Assembly (NCBI GenBank): GCA_003278535.1
Contig: QCEG01000003.1
Location: 43,974 to 107,973 of the forward strand
Direction of reading: 5' to 3'
DNA from: Prochlorococcus sp. AG-355-N18
Lineage (GTDB): Bacteria > Cyanobacteriota > Cyanobacteriia > PCC-6307 > Cyanobiaceae
DNA: 64,000 nucleotides
Below the pieces are notes generated by a model. It had not been told where the DNA came from. It saw nothing but the letters and a program-made list of their open reading frames with translations, and made no database searches. Every line of letters starts with the position of its first letter. Position 1 is the stretch's first letter. Shown here piece after piece: positions 25,504 through 33,353 of the stretch. The translations under genes and the position numbers were made by a program.

Positions 25504-25633
25504 AGAGACAGTTAGAGTATTTGTGGATTGGTAGGTTAGAGAAGTTAAAGTTAAGTTAAAGCTAAGTTAGAGACAGTTGGAGTATGTATGGATTGGTAGG
25601 TTAAAGAAGTTAAAGTTAAGTTAAAGCTAAGTG
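25504..25633. repeat. 65-bp tandem repeat x2
   Basis: AGAGACAGTT(A/G)GAGTAT.TGT.GGATTGGTAGGTTA.AGAAGTTAAAGTTAAGTTAAAGCTAAGT. repeated head-to-tail with a few mismatches. An imperfect inverted copy of GGATTGGTAGG lies at 25486-25500. Confidence 0.9.
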
Positions 25634-25837
25634 TTATAAAGATATCCAATCACCCGCTCACTTCGTTCGCTGAGGATATAGATATAACTTGTTGTCTTTA
25701 AGTTAACGAAGTTGGCTCCGCCCCTTACCTTATAAGAACTACCGCCCGCCCCAAACGGTAGTAATAGCAGTTAGTTAAGTCTGCGGGTCATTCAATTTTT
25801 AGTTAGGAGATATTTGTATTGTTTGTCTCCTTGTTTA

Positions 25838-26509
25838 AGGTGGCTACCGCTTCATCCTGTATACATTACGGTATCCCTCTGTTTACGTAACACTTCAGTC
25901 TTTTGGTGTATACGTAACTGAACCCCTTTGTCCTGTATAGGTAACGGTTTAGAGTTTCTCTCTTTTAAGCCCGCCATCGATCTCTGTATTAGTTGGTATC
26001 TGCTCTCCCACTAAAGGGAGGTGCTTGATTCTCTCACTAATAACCCATGCTTGCTCCCTGTATAAGGGTGTGATTGCTCACTCTCTAGTGATTGCAAGGG
26101 ATTAGAGATTCTCTCTGTATAAGTGTCGGGTCGCTCTTCTCCCTTATAACCCGTCATTGCTCACTCGCTAGTTATCGCAATGGGTTTGAGTTTCTCTCTG
26201 TTTAAGCCCGCCATTGCTTTTCTCCCTAATAGGGGGCTATCGGTCACTCGCTAGTGATACCAGTGGATTAGAGATTCTCCCTCTATAAGGGTCGGATCTT
26301 TCCTGTATAAGCCCGCCATGCCTTTTTCCCTATATATGCGCCATCGGTCACTTACTTGTGATTGCAAGGGTTTAGAAGTTCTCTCTGTATAAGTGTGGGA
26401 TCGCTCCTGTATAGGTGCGTGCTTGCTCTATGTATAAGCCCGTGATCGGTCCCCTCTGTATACGTGACTGTTCGGAGTTTCTCCTGTATACGTAACTGTA
26501 CCCCTTTCC
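25838..26509. repeat. GC-rich iteron array: ~22 units of 21-29 bp (core CTGTATAAG-N-CCGCCAT-GCTC) plus 4 copies of a 36-bp submodule
   Basis: Unit starts read by eye at 25857, 25879, 25906, 25933, 25962, 25984, 26008, 26034, 26058, 26115, 26142, 26198, 26225, 26281, 26303, 26329, 26385, 26406, 26430, 26455, 26484. Submodules are at 26078, 26161, 26244, 26348. Confidence 0.9.
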
Positions 26510-26811
26510 TTGAGTAAATTTTTTAGGTATAAGTGGTCTAAGGACTTGTCCCTTCCTGAGGACTTGAGCCTAGCGGTTTCAAGGTTAACCCCGCGCTCCT
26601 ACGCACGAGTACAAAAACCTTTTTTATTAATGAAACTCTCTTCTAGGACACTCAGCTTGCTGCTTAATGTGGCTCTTGTGCTGTGTGTCTTTGTTATTTA
26701 AAAACTTACTTTAATAAATTAAGCAAAGCCAAATAAAAAGTTAAATTTCTGGGGTTTGTTGTAAAAGCATTTTATAAATTAAATCAAAATTTAATATTCG
26801 GAAAAAGATTT

Positions 26812-26985
26812 ATGGAAAATAAAAAAGAGATAAAAGTAGAGCGATTAAATTTTTACTCAAATTATATGACCGTAGCTAAAGATCAGCTAGCGCAAAATCA
26901 CTTAAAGTTGACCTATCAAAGAAACTTAGTTTCTGATCTAGACCAAAAACATAAAACATGGGCTAAAGAAGATGCGGCAAGTTAA
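26812..26985 (+). CDS. Small protein (57 aa), DLDQKHKxW family
   Basis: MENKKEIKVERLNFYSNYMT...VSDLDQKHKTWAKEDAAS*. Paralog at 55993..56154 shares FYS...DLDQKHK.W.K. Confidence 0.5.
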   Translation: MENKKEIKVERLNFYSNYMTVAKDQLAQNHLKLTYQRNLVSDLDQKHKTWAKEDAAS

Positions 26986-27480
26986 TTACTTGTTAAAAGT
27001 GATTATATTTTTAAAAAATATGTTCCTCAGTTTATGAGGACACAAGAGATGAGATTGGTAACGAGGAGTAATTTATAAGTTAAAAGGGTGATTCGAGATC
27101 TAAAACATAAGCTCAACTTATTACCGTGCACTTGCAGATAAACCAACCTTATTAGGTCGTACTTGTGACCTAAAGCCATTCTTTATTAATTAGGGACCAC
27201 TATAGGAGAACAGAAATAACTTGTAGAGAAATCTGAGAAAAAGATCTTATTCCTGTGGATAAATTCTAATGTAACGAAATTAAAGAAAAGTGTAATAATC
27301 TTTAGAACAATTACCATGACTTAATTTATATAATGTAGTACTGTTAACAGTATTATCGGTAAATATGGGATCTATTGTTATGACTAGGTTTTCCACATGC
27401 ATTAATTAATATTTAAGTTAAATTATTTGTAGAGGTTGTTGATACTAACTAAATGAAACATTCTGGGCAGTTTTCATGAA

Positions 27481-28443
27481 GTGCAACCTCTAAATATTCA
27501 ATTATCTAATAAAACAATGGAGAAGGGAAAACAAAAATGCTTAATGTGTGAAGAGACTTTTGTGAAAAAGAATCCTAAACATGTTTGTTGTTCTCCGAGA
27601 TGTAATAGTAAAAAAAAGAATGAAAAGCTAAAACAAGAAAATAAAATAAAACTTCAATCAATCTCAAGAATATGCAAAAGCGAAACTTGTAATAATATTT
27701 TTTCTCCTACTCAAAGAATAGATCAATTATTTTGCTCTACCGAATGCTGTGAAAGACAAGGGAAAAGAGATTATAAAACTAGAAATCCTGAGAAAATAAA
27801 AAAATCAGAGAATAGAAGAAAGAAATTCAAATATCATAATGATCCTATAGATAGGGAGAAAAAGATTAATGCTTCAAATACCAGATACCACAAACTTACA
27901 CCCGAAGAGAAGAAGGAAAAAAGTAAAAATAATAGATTAACCAATCCTCAAAAAACAAGAGATTATGCACGTGAATATCACTCTCGGAGATCCAAAGAAG
28001 ATCCAAATTTTAAACTTGCAAATACTATTAGATCTAGGATTAACTCAGCGATTACAAAGGTTGGAGGTAAAAAGACAGCCAAAACTCTTGAATTACTTGG
28101 ATGCTCCATTGAGCTTTGCAGAAAATATATTGAAGCTCAATTTGAGAAAGGGATGTCTTGGAGCAACTATGGACTTTGGGAGATAGATCACATCAAACCT
28201 GTTTCAACATTTGATGATTTAACAACGAAGAAATCTCAACAACTAATATGCTTCAACTATAAAAATTTGCAACCTCTTTGGAAGCAAGAAAATAATTCAA
28301 AACTTGGTACTTTCCGACCTGAAGATAAAGTAATTTTCTTTGAAAGATTTTATCTTCCAGAAGAACTATATGAAGAAATTCAAGAAAGGAGAAAGCTTAA
28401 CTTAAGTAGAAAATCATTAGCCATCCCAATCAAAAATGTATAA
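27481..28443 (+). CDS. HNH endonuclease with N-terminal Cys-rich zinc-ribbon repeats and basic repeat region
   Basis: 320 aa (GTG start; alternative ATG at 27517). Two CxxC...CCSxxC / C..C...CSTECC units. HNH core EIDHIKP...NLQPLWKQENNSK. Confidence 0.75.
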   Translation: MQPLNIQLSNKTMEKGKQKCLMCEETFVKKNPKHVCCSPRCNSKKKNEKLKQENKIKLQSISRICKSETCNNIFSPTQRIDQLFCSTECCERQGKRDYKTRNPEKIKKSENRRKKFKYHNDPIDREKKINASNTRYHKLTPEEKKEKSKNNRLTNPQKTRDYAREYHSRRSKEDPNFKLANTIRSRINSAITKVGGKKTAKTLELLGCSIELCRKYIEAQFEKGMSWSNYGLWEIDHIKPVSTFDDLTTKKSQQLICFNYKNLQPLWKQENNSKLGTFRPEDKVIFFERFYLPEELYEEIQERRKLNLSRKSLAIPIKNV

Positions 28444-28615
28444 AGAAAAAGAATCAACAAAACTACTTCGAATGGTTCTTTCAATAAGAAATGATTTAGA
28501 TCAAATCGAGCATTCCGAAACATGCAAGTTTCTCGAAGTACGAAGATTAGAGCAATTAGACAAAGCGTTTACCGCAAGCTTATTCCAAACCCTTATAGAT
28601 GAAGTAATCGTATGA
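28436..28615 (+). CDS. Small helical protein (59 aa), overlaps HNH stop by 8 nt
   Basis: MYKEKESTKLLRMVLSIRNDLDQIEHSE...LFQTLIDEVIV*. Roughly one-third identical by eye to the next ORF. ATGA overlap with it. Confidence 0.5.
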   Translation: MYKEKESTKLLRMVLSIRNDLDQIEHSETCKFLEVRRLEQLDKAFTASLFQTLIDEVIV

Positions 28616-28827
28616 AAAGCTTACCAACAGAAAACAGACCATCAACCAAGATCCTTCAAGATTTAATCTCAGTAAGGCAAAAATTAATGGTAATAGAAAG
28701 TTCTAATGAACCATTTATCTCTAAGCTTGATCCGCTACTAGAACGTGATAAGCAATTATCAGAATGTCTGGTTCAATACCTTATATATGAACTAGATTTG
28801 AATTTAAAAGAGGAGGTAAAAGAATGA
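28612..28827 (+). CDS. Small helical protein (71 aa), tandem paralog of 28436..28615
   Basis: Shared pattern L..L.S.R..L..IE.S......L..L...DK....L.Q.LI.E. ATGA overlaps on both sides. Confidence 0.55.
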   Translation: MKSLPTENRPSTKILQDLISVRQKLMVIESSNEPFISKLDPLLERDKQLSECLVQYLIYELDLNLKEEVKE

Positions 28828-29300
28828 AGAAACTTGCTCTTCTTTTTCTCTTCTTATTCGAACCTCTTGCTTACTCAGCTACTGAGAATGAAACAACTAA
28901 ACCTAAATCTCAAATTCTAAATAATCCATTTGAAAGACTAGGAAAAGAAGCAAAATTTAACTGCAAAGAATTTGGAGAGGAAAGTTGTTTCTCAAGATTT
29001 ATTGCGATGTCCGCGTGTGTATTTGCTCAAAGCATCAATAGCGATAAGACAGTTAAAGAGTCTTTAGATATTGCAGATGATTTATTTTATCTACTTGCTT
29101 CAGGTCATGGATTAGATATTAAAAATATTTTTGATGACAAAGATTTGATCAAGCAAGATATCCGAGTTGAAACGATTGCAAGAGTTAATAGATGCAATGA
29201 ATGGGCAAAAGAAGCAATTCCAAAAATTGTTCTCGAGCGAACTGGCAAACCAGCAACACCAGAATTTATTGAAGGTGCAACTAGGACATTTGGTATGTGA
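28824..29300 (+). CDS. Secreted hypothetical protein (158 aa)
   Basis: Signal peptide MKKLALLFLFLFEPLAYSA. Last gene of the four-gene overlapping set. Confidence 0.55.
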   Translation: MKKLALLFLFLFEPLAYSATENETTKPKSQILNNPFERLGKEAKFNCKEFGEESCFSRFIAMSACVFAQSINSDKTVKESLDIADDLFYLLASGHGLDIKNIFDDKDLIKQDIRVETIARVNRCNEWAKEAIPKIVLERTGKPATPEFIEGATRTFGM

Positions 29301-29372
29301 TGGTTGAGCAGTCTTGAGGGTGTGAAACAAAGAGGGAAATGATTACATCATCTCGAAGTAAGCGTTTCAAAA

Positions 29373-29657
29373 TTATTCAGAAATCCAGCGGTTAATTATT
29401 GTCCCTTCATAAATATGACCGGATGCTTCAACTATTGGTTTGGTTTCTGGGTTAATAAAGATGTCATAACAAGTATTTACTGGTCCTTGAAACATAACGG
29501 TTGCTCTTTTGGGGTCTTCTAATGATTTGCCAATATAAAAAGTTTTTACTCCCATCTCTTTAAACATGGCTTGTTGTTCAGGAGCATTCATATGAGACTC
29601 ATATTCTTCAAAAGTATTGCTTAATTTGAAATCTAAAACAGTTGTTTCAATAGTCAT
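29373..29657 (-). CDS. Hypothetical protein (94 aa)
   Basis: Track ORF with coding-like composition. No domain recognised. Confidence 0.45.
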   Translation of the reverse strand: MTIETTVLDFKLSNTFEEYESHMNAPEQQAMFKEMGVKTFYIGKSLEDPKRATVMFQGPVNTCYDIFINPETKPIVEASGHIYEGTIINRWISE

Positions 29658-29711
29658 AAAAAAGAAGGGTGTAATCCCTTCAATATTAATGAACTTTTAA
29701 TTTATATAAGT

Positions 29712-30023
29712 CTAAACTTTATCAAGTTCTAATTTTTTAGCGGTCTCAAGAAATTCTTCATCAGTCATCATTGCTCTTATTTCAACTTTCACTCCAAATC
29801 CCTTAATCCATGGAGCGGTATGTTCCCAAATCTTTTGTGGACTTTCCGCTTCCACAATAAAATTTCCAGTTCCATTTTGTGGATCTAAGACTCTATATTT
29901 AATTTCAAATCCCTCAAACTTGTCACCCTGCTTACCCTCCGATAAATATTGAACAAAAGCTGGAGTACATTTAACGCTAGCTTCCTGATTAGGGAAAGCC
30001 CAAAATACTTGATAAGTAGTCAT
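29712..30023 (-). CDS. DUF3303-like small protein
   Basis: 103 aa. Pattern M..Y.V.W...F...G....G...R..P..GTG..IVEA.S......PW.....V.I...M.DEE matches my memory of DUF3303. Confidence 0.5.
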   Translation of the reverse strand: MTTYQVFWAFPNQEASVKCTPAFVQYLSEGKQGDKFEGFEIKYRVLDPQNGTGNFIVEAESPQKIWEHTAPWIKGFGVKVEIRAMMTDEEFLETAKKLELDKV

Positions 30024-30152
30024 AAATAATTATTACTGATGAAAACAAATTAATATAATTTTCACAAATTACTTTGTTATTTTTTGAAATTCATATCTTT
30101 AAAAAATAAAAATTTACTATTTTAATTTGGCTTGACTATCAATAACATGATT

Positions 30153-31265
30153 TTATTCGTCGAATAATTGAATAGTTTCTGGTCTTTGTCTCTTTTTACC
30201 AAATTCAATATCTGTTAACTCTTTGGTTCTCTTTCTAATGTCTATCCTTTCGTAAGTCTGCATAATCGTAGCTACAGAGTTACCGCAAATACGAGCGAGT
30301 AGATAAGCGTCAGTACCTCTCAAGATATGGTTTTCGATAAAGGTTGATCTCATTGAATAGAGAGTATAAGGACGGTCTGAGAACTTATGACCTTTGAGCT
30401 TTCCAGCAGACATTAAGTAATTACATATCCATCTCCAATGCTGACCGATCTTTCTTTGGTTAGGTTGGTTTAACTCGTTGAATATCTGAGCGAAAACATA
30501 TTCGTCGCCTTTAATAGTGTGGTTAAATTCTTTCTTTAGAATTTCCTTCCAACGCTTGAAAACACTACCTAAGTCACAAGGTATCTCTCTGTACTCCTGA
30601 GTCTTCGCTCTCATTGTTGTTATGTATGCGATAAGTCTTTCTTCTCGACCCCATTCAGTACCTTCTGGAGCCCATTCAGAGGGGTCTTTCAAGTCAGGTG
30701 CTTCTATCTCTAGCTCTACTCCGTCGGCTTGAGCTTCTCCCATTACTTGCTCCCATTCTTCTTGAGCTTTAGTGTTTGATACTCTTCCTACATCAACAAT
30801 TTCTACATTCTTCCATTTGAGTTTGCAGATTTCTTCAGGAGACATACCTGAGTTTTTAGCAACTAAAATCCAATGCCAGAACATATTTCTAAACCATTTA
30901 CTCTTGGCTGTAGTTTTTCTATCAACTATCTTTATATCTTTTCTGAATTGATTAGTTGAAGGTAGCTTAGAGGGTTCATAAGCTTCTTTCCTCCATTTGT
31001 TTCTAACGTGATTGATTATGATTTCCCAGTCTTCAGGATTGATTGCTGGGTTTGCATCTCTGTCGCTCTGTCTGACTTCTATCTTTGGTAAGAATTGACC
31101 ATCCATCCACAAGCGAGCTTCGACATACTTGAACTTAACTAGATAGCTTTTAATAAATTCTCCGAGGACTGAAAGCTCTCTTTGAATAAGGATTCTTTTA
31201 TCTGTATCCTTTAGACGAAAAATACAATAATCATCGAAAGTTGATTCATTGATTTGAGAAGACAT
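30153..31265 (-). CDS. Tyrosine-recombinase-like integrase, catalytic portion (atypical active-site residues)
   Basis: 370 aa. Box I-like WILVAKNSGMSPEEICKLKWKNVEI, box II-like YTLYSMRSTFIENHILRG and LARICGNSVATIMQTYERI (nucleophile Tyr context). Confidence 0.7.
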   Translation of the reverse strand: MSSQINESTFDDYCIFRLKDTDKRILIQRELSVLGEFIKSYLVKFKYVEARLWMDGQFLPKIEVRQSDRDANPAINPEDWEIIINHVRNKWRKEAYEPSKLPSTNQFRKDIKIVDRKTTAKSKWFRNMFWHWILVAKNSGMSPEEICKLKWKNVEIVDVGRVSNTKAQEEWEQVMGEAQADGVELEIEAPDLKDPSEWAPEGTEWGREERLIAYITTMRAKTQEYREIPCDLGSVFKRWKEILKKEFNHTIKGDEYVFAQIFNELNQPNQRKIGQHWRWICNYLMSAGKLKGHKFSDRPYTLYSMRSTFIENHILRGTDAYLLARICGNSVATIMQTYERIDIRKRTKELTDIEFGKKRQRPETIQLFDE

Positions 31266-31282
31266 TGAAACCTTTTTATGTT

Positions 31283-31738
31283 TTAAATAAAACTTGATAT
31301 GTCGGCAGCAATTAAACTTGTGATCGAATGATGTTTTGCAAGAGCTCCAGCATCTACTCTCTTTTGCTCTTGTGTGAACCAGTCTTTAAAAGCTTTTTCA
31401 AGATTGATTTTAGGGTTCTCTTCCTTCTTCTTAGCTTTAAATAATTTCTCTTTAGCTCTCTGAAGCTTCTCCTCTCTAGCCATTAAATCAAGAGGGTCTA
31501 TGTTGCTAGGCGTTGGAGGTTTAGCTGCTAGAGATTGAGCTAGTTCGATAGCTACTTGAGGAGCTAGTTCAATAGCTTCTTGTAAGTTTGTAGCTCCTTC
31601 TATCTTCTTTTCTCTATAACTCTTTTTACCTTTTACCTTCTCTTTGTAATACCAGTTACCAGCTCCATTCCCGTTCGCATATAGAAGAACTCTACCTAAA
31701 CCATTTAATACTGTTTCTTGCTGGGCTATTTGCGGCAT
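31283..31738 (-). CDS. Integrase N-terminal (arm-binding-like) domain encoded as a separate ORF
   Basis: Start taken at Met10 of the track ORF. GRVLLYANGNGAGNWYYKEKVKGKKSYREKKI..ATNLQEA resembles DUF4102-type integrase N-termini. Stops 17 nt before the catalytic ORF. Confidence 0.5.
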   Translation of the reverse strand: MPQIAQQETVLNGLGRVLLYANGNGAGNWYYKEKVKGKKSYREKKIEGATNLQEAIELAPQVAIELAQSLAAKPPTPSNIDPLDLMAREEKLQRAKEKLFKAKKKEENPKINLEKAFKDWFTQEQKRVDAGALAKHHSITSLIAADISSFI

Positions 31739-31739
31739 A

Positions 31740-31762
31740 AAAGTGTGGACGGGGTGTGGACA
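31740..31762 (+). repeat. Right copy of 23-bp direct repeat (putative att)
   Basis: Identical to 21407-21429. Sits immediately upstream of the recombinase locus. Confidence 0.85.
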
Positions 31763-32061
31763 CACTATAGCTCAATTATAAAAACTTAGTCATAGGCTAC
31801 TGGTACATGGTTCATTAACCAGTAGTTAGGTTCTGTCATCGTCTATGATTTGAGGAGAATAGTTCTGCTGGTGTTTGCTGGTATGGCAGTTTGTTAACTT
31901 TTTCGTAAGTCAGCCTAATTCAAACCATTTTATTCAGTTTATCGAAAAATATTAGTCGAAGAAAGTTAGGAAAAATATAGAAATAGATTACTTAATCCGG
32001 ACTTTTTGTTTTTGGAATAATTGACAGTCGATCTAAAATTGGAATGGTAGTTAAGTCTTAA

Positions 32062-32151
32062 ATGATTGGAAGTTTACCAAAATCAATTGCACTTCTTATG
32101 GTCTTGCTTCTTGTAGGAAGTACTTTTATTGGTGGAATTTTTACTTTCTAA
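32062..32151 (+). CDS. 29-aa single-TM micro-protein (LLMVLLLVGS family)
   Basis: MIGSLPKSIALLMVLLLVGSTFIGGIFTF*. Paralog at 47588..47677 (MGLAKLIALLMVLLLVGSSFIGLILYFIK*). Confidence 0.5.
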   Translation: MIGSLPKSIALLMVLLLVGSTFIGGIFTF

Positions 32152-32336
32152 AATGATGGCAAATCCAGATCAGAAAACAATATTGCTTGAGCAAGCTTAT
32201 GACGAAATTAAGGTCATTTGAACCAAGTTTCAAGATGAATCAGGAGCTACAGATATGGAGGTGAAAACTCTACTAAGAGAACTTGCTAGGGTTTGGAAAA
32301 AGATATTGATGAAGATTATGACATAGATTGAGAAGT

Positions 32337-32585
32337 TTAAAAAAAACTTCTAAAAATACTGGTCTTTTTCCAACCCTGCTCTAATAGTGCCTTATATTCT
32401 TTTCTCGCATTTTCTATAGTCTCAACCCTGCTACCTTTCATAACTGGTTTGCTACTTCTCTTGTAAACACATCCATAGGAGATCATCATTGAATCAATAC
32501 TAGGACTAAGCTTAGATACATCTTCAAATGGTTCAAAGATTTTTATACTGCTTCTTTCCTTATTTATGAGAGTAAATTTCATCAT
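32337..32585 (-). CDS. Hypothetical protein (82 aa)
   Basis: Track ORF. Its start overlaps the stop of 32585..32836 by 1 nt. Confidence 0.45.
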   Translation of the reverse strand: MMKFTLINKERSSIKIFEPFEDVSKLSPSIDSMMISYGCVYKRSSKPVMKGSRVETIENARKEYKALLEQGWKKTSIFRSFF

Positions 32586-32836
32586 TACTTACCTTTGGAT
32601 AAAAGATAATTTAAAAAGACACCTCCAGAAACTAATAAACCACCTATAGCTAAAAATCCAAGTAAATCTAATATTGATTTATCTGTATTTATTTTCAAAA
32701 AAGTTAAAGAAAAAGCTATTGGAGGGAACAATAATATTGATTTTGGAATAAGTGCCTGATTCCATTTCTTTGTCGCAGTATCTTCTTCATTTAGTTCTTG
32801 ATACAACTTTTCTAACTTTTTTCTTTCTTCTTCCAT
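32585..32836 (-). CDS. Hypothetical membrane protein (83 aa)
   Basis: Acidic N-terminus then two TM helices. Coupled to the downstream ORF. Confidence 0.45.
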   Translation of the reverse strand: MEEERKKLEKLYQELNEEDTATKKWNQALIPKSILLFPPIAFSLTFLKINTDKSILDLLGFLAIGGLLVSGGVFLNYLLSKGK

Positions 32837-32916
32837 TGAGTTAGCTCAGTTAATTTCAAAATACTTTATAAAAGTAGAGGAAGTTAAATCTTCCCTTAGT
32901 ATTTATTTAGCCAACT

Positions 32917-32946
32917 AAAAAAAAAGGAGCTAGTTGCTCCTTTTTT
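32917..32946. terminator. Bidirectional intrinsic terminator
   Basis: A9-GGAGC-TAGTT-GCTCC-T6 between the start of 32585..32836 (-) and the stop of the cupin gene 32967..33353 (-). Confidence 0.55.
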
Positions 32947-32966
32947 CGATAGTTAATCAAATTGAT

Positions 32967-33353
32967 TTATTCTTCAGGATTCAACGTAGGTATACCTTCT
33001 GCTGAAGCCACAGCAACCCACATAACTGCTGAAGTATTACCACTATTAGCCATTGTATGAGCAGGAGTATTTGCTGAGAGAACAAATGAATCCCCCTCCT
33101 TAAAAGTTTTACTAATACCTGTCTTTTCAGCAAGAGTTAATTCACCACTTTCAATATGACCCAGTAAAGGTACAGGATGAGAGTGCATTGGAATTGTTGC
33201 TCCATTTTCAACTTCTACTCTAATCAAACGCATTTCAGCTTTTCCTCTCGGATACTTAAAATTATCCCCATCAATGTTTTCTGAAGAGGTGAAGATTTCT
33301 TGTACATCAACAGGTGATTCTGCAGCCATAGAAATGCTTGGATTGATAAGCAT
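32967..33353 (-). CDS. Cupin-domain protein, probably secreted
   Basis: 128 aa. Cupin motif MHSHPVPLLGHIESGEL...GDSF. The in-frame upstream sequence encodes a signal-peptide-like stretch without a start codon. Confidence 0.6.
   Translation of the reverse strand: MLINPSISMAAESPVDVQEIFTSSENIDGDNFKYPRGKAEMRLIRVEVENGATIPMHSHPVPLLGHIESGELTLAEKTGISKTFKEGDSFVLSANTPAHTMANSGNTSAVMWVAVASAEGIPTLNPEE

Larger units (their letters stand above)
21407..31762. mobile_element. Candidate site-specific integrative element (tyrosine-recombinase type, tycheposon-like) bounded by 23-bp direct repeats
   Basis: Exact repeat AAAGTGTGGACGGGGTGTGGACA at both ends. The recombinase locus abuts the right repeat. Carries RHH/HTH genes and an iteron array, with GC-richer modules alternating with AT-rich cargo. 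Confidence 0.6.

Noticed and set aside
25838-26509. CRISPR array interpretation of the repeat region
   Set aside because: The repeats are degenerate and abut each other without unique spacers of uniform length. There are no cas genes in the window.
26510-26701. Track ORF of 63 aa just right of the iteron array
   Set aside because: TTG start and low-complexity translation. The segment contains direct repeats (AGGACTTG x2) and a hairpin, so it is more likely non-coding element sequence.
31739-31765. First nine codons (MCPHPVHTF) of track ORF 31283..31765
   Set aside because: They are simply the reverse complement of the 23-bp terminal repeat. The next Met (31738) is the more plausible start.
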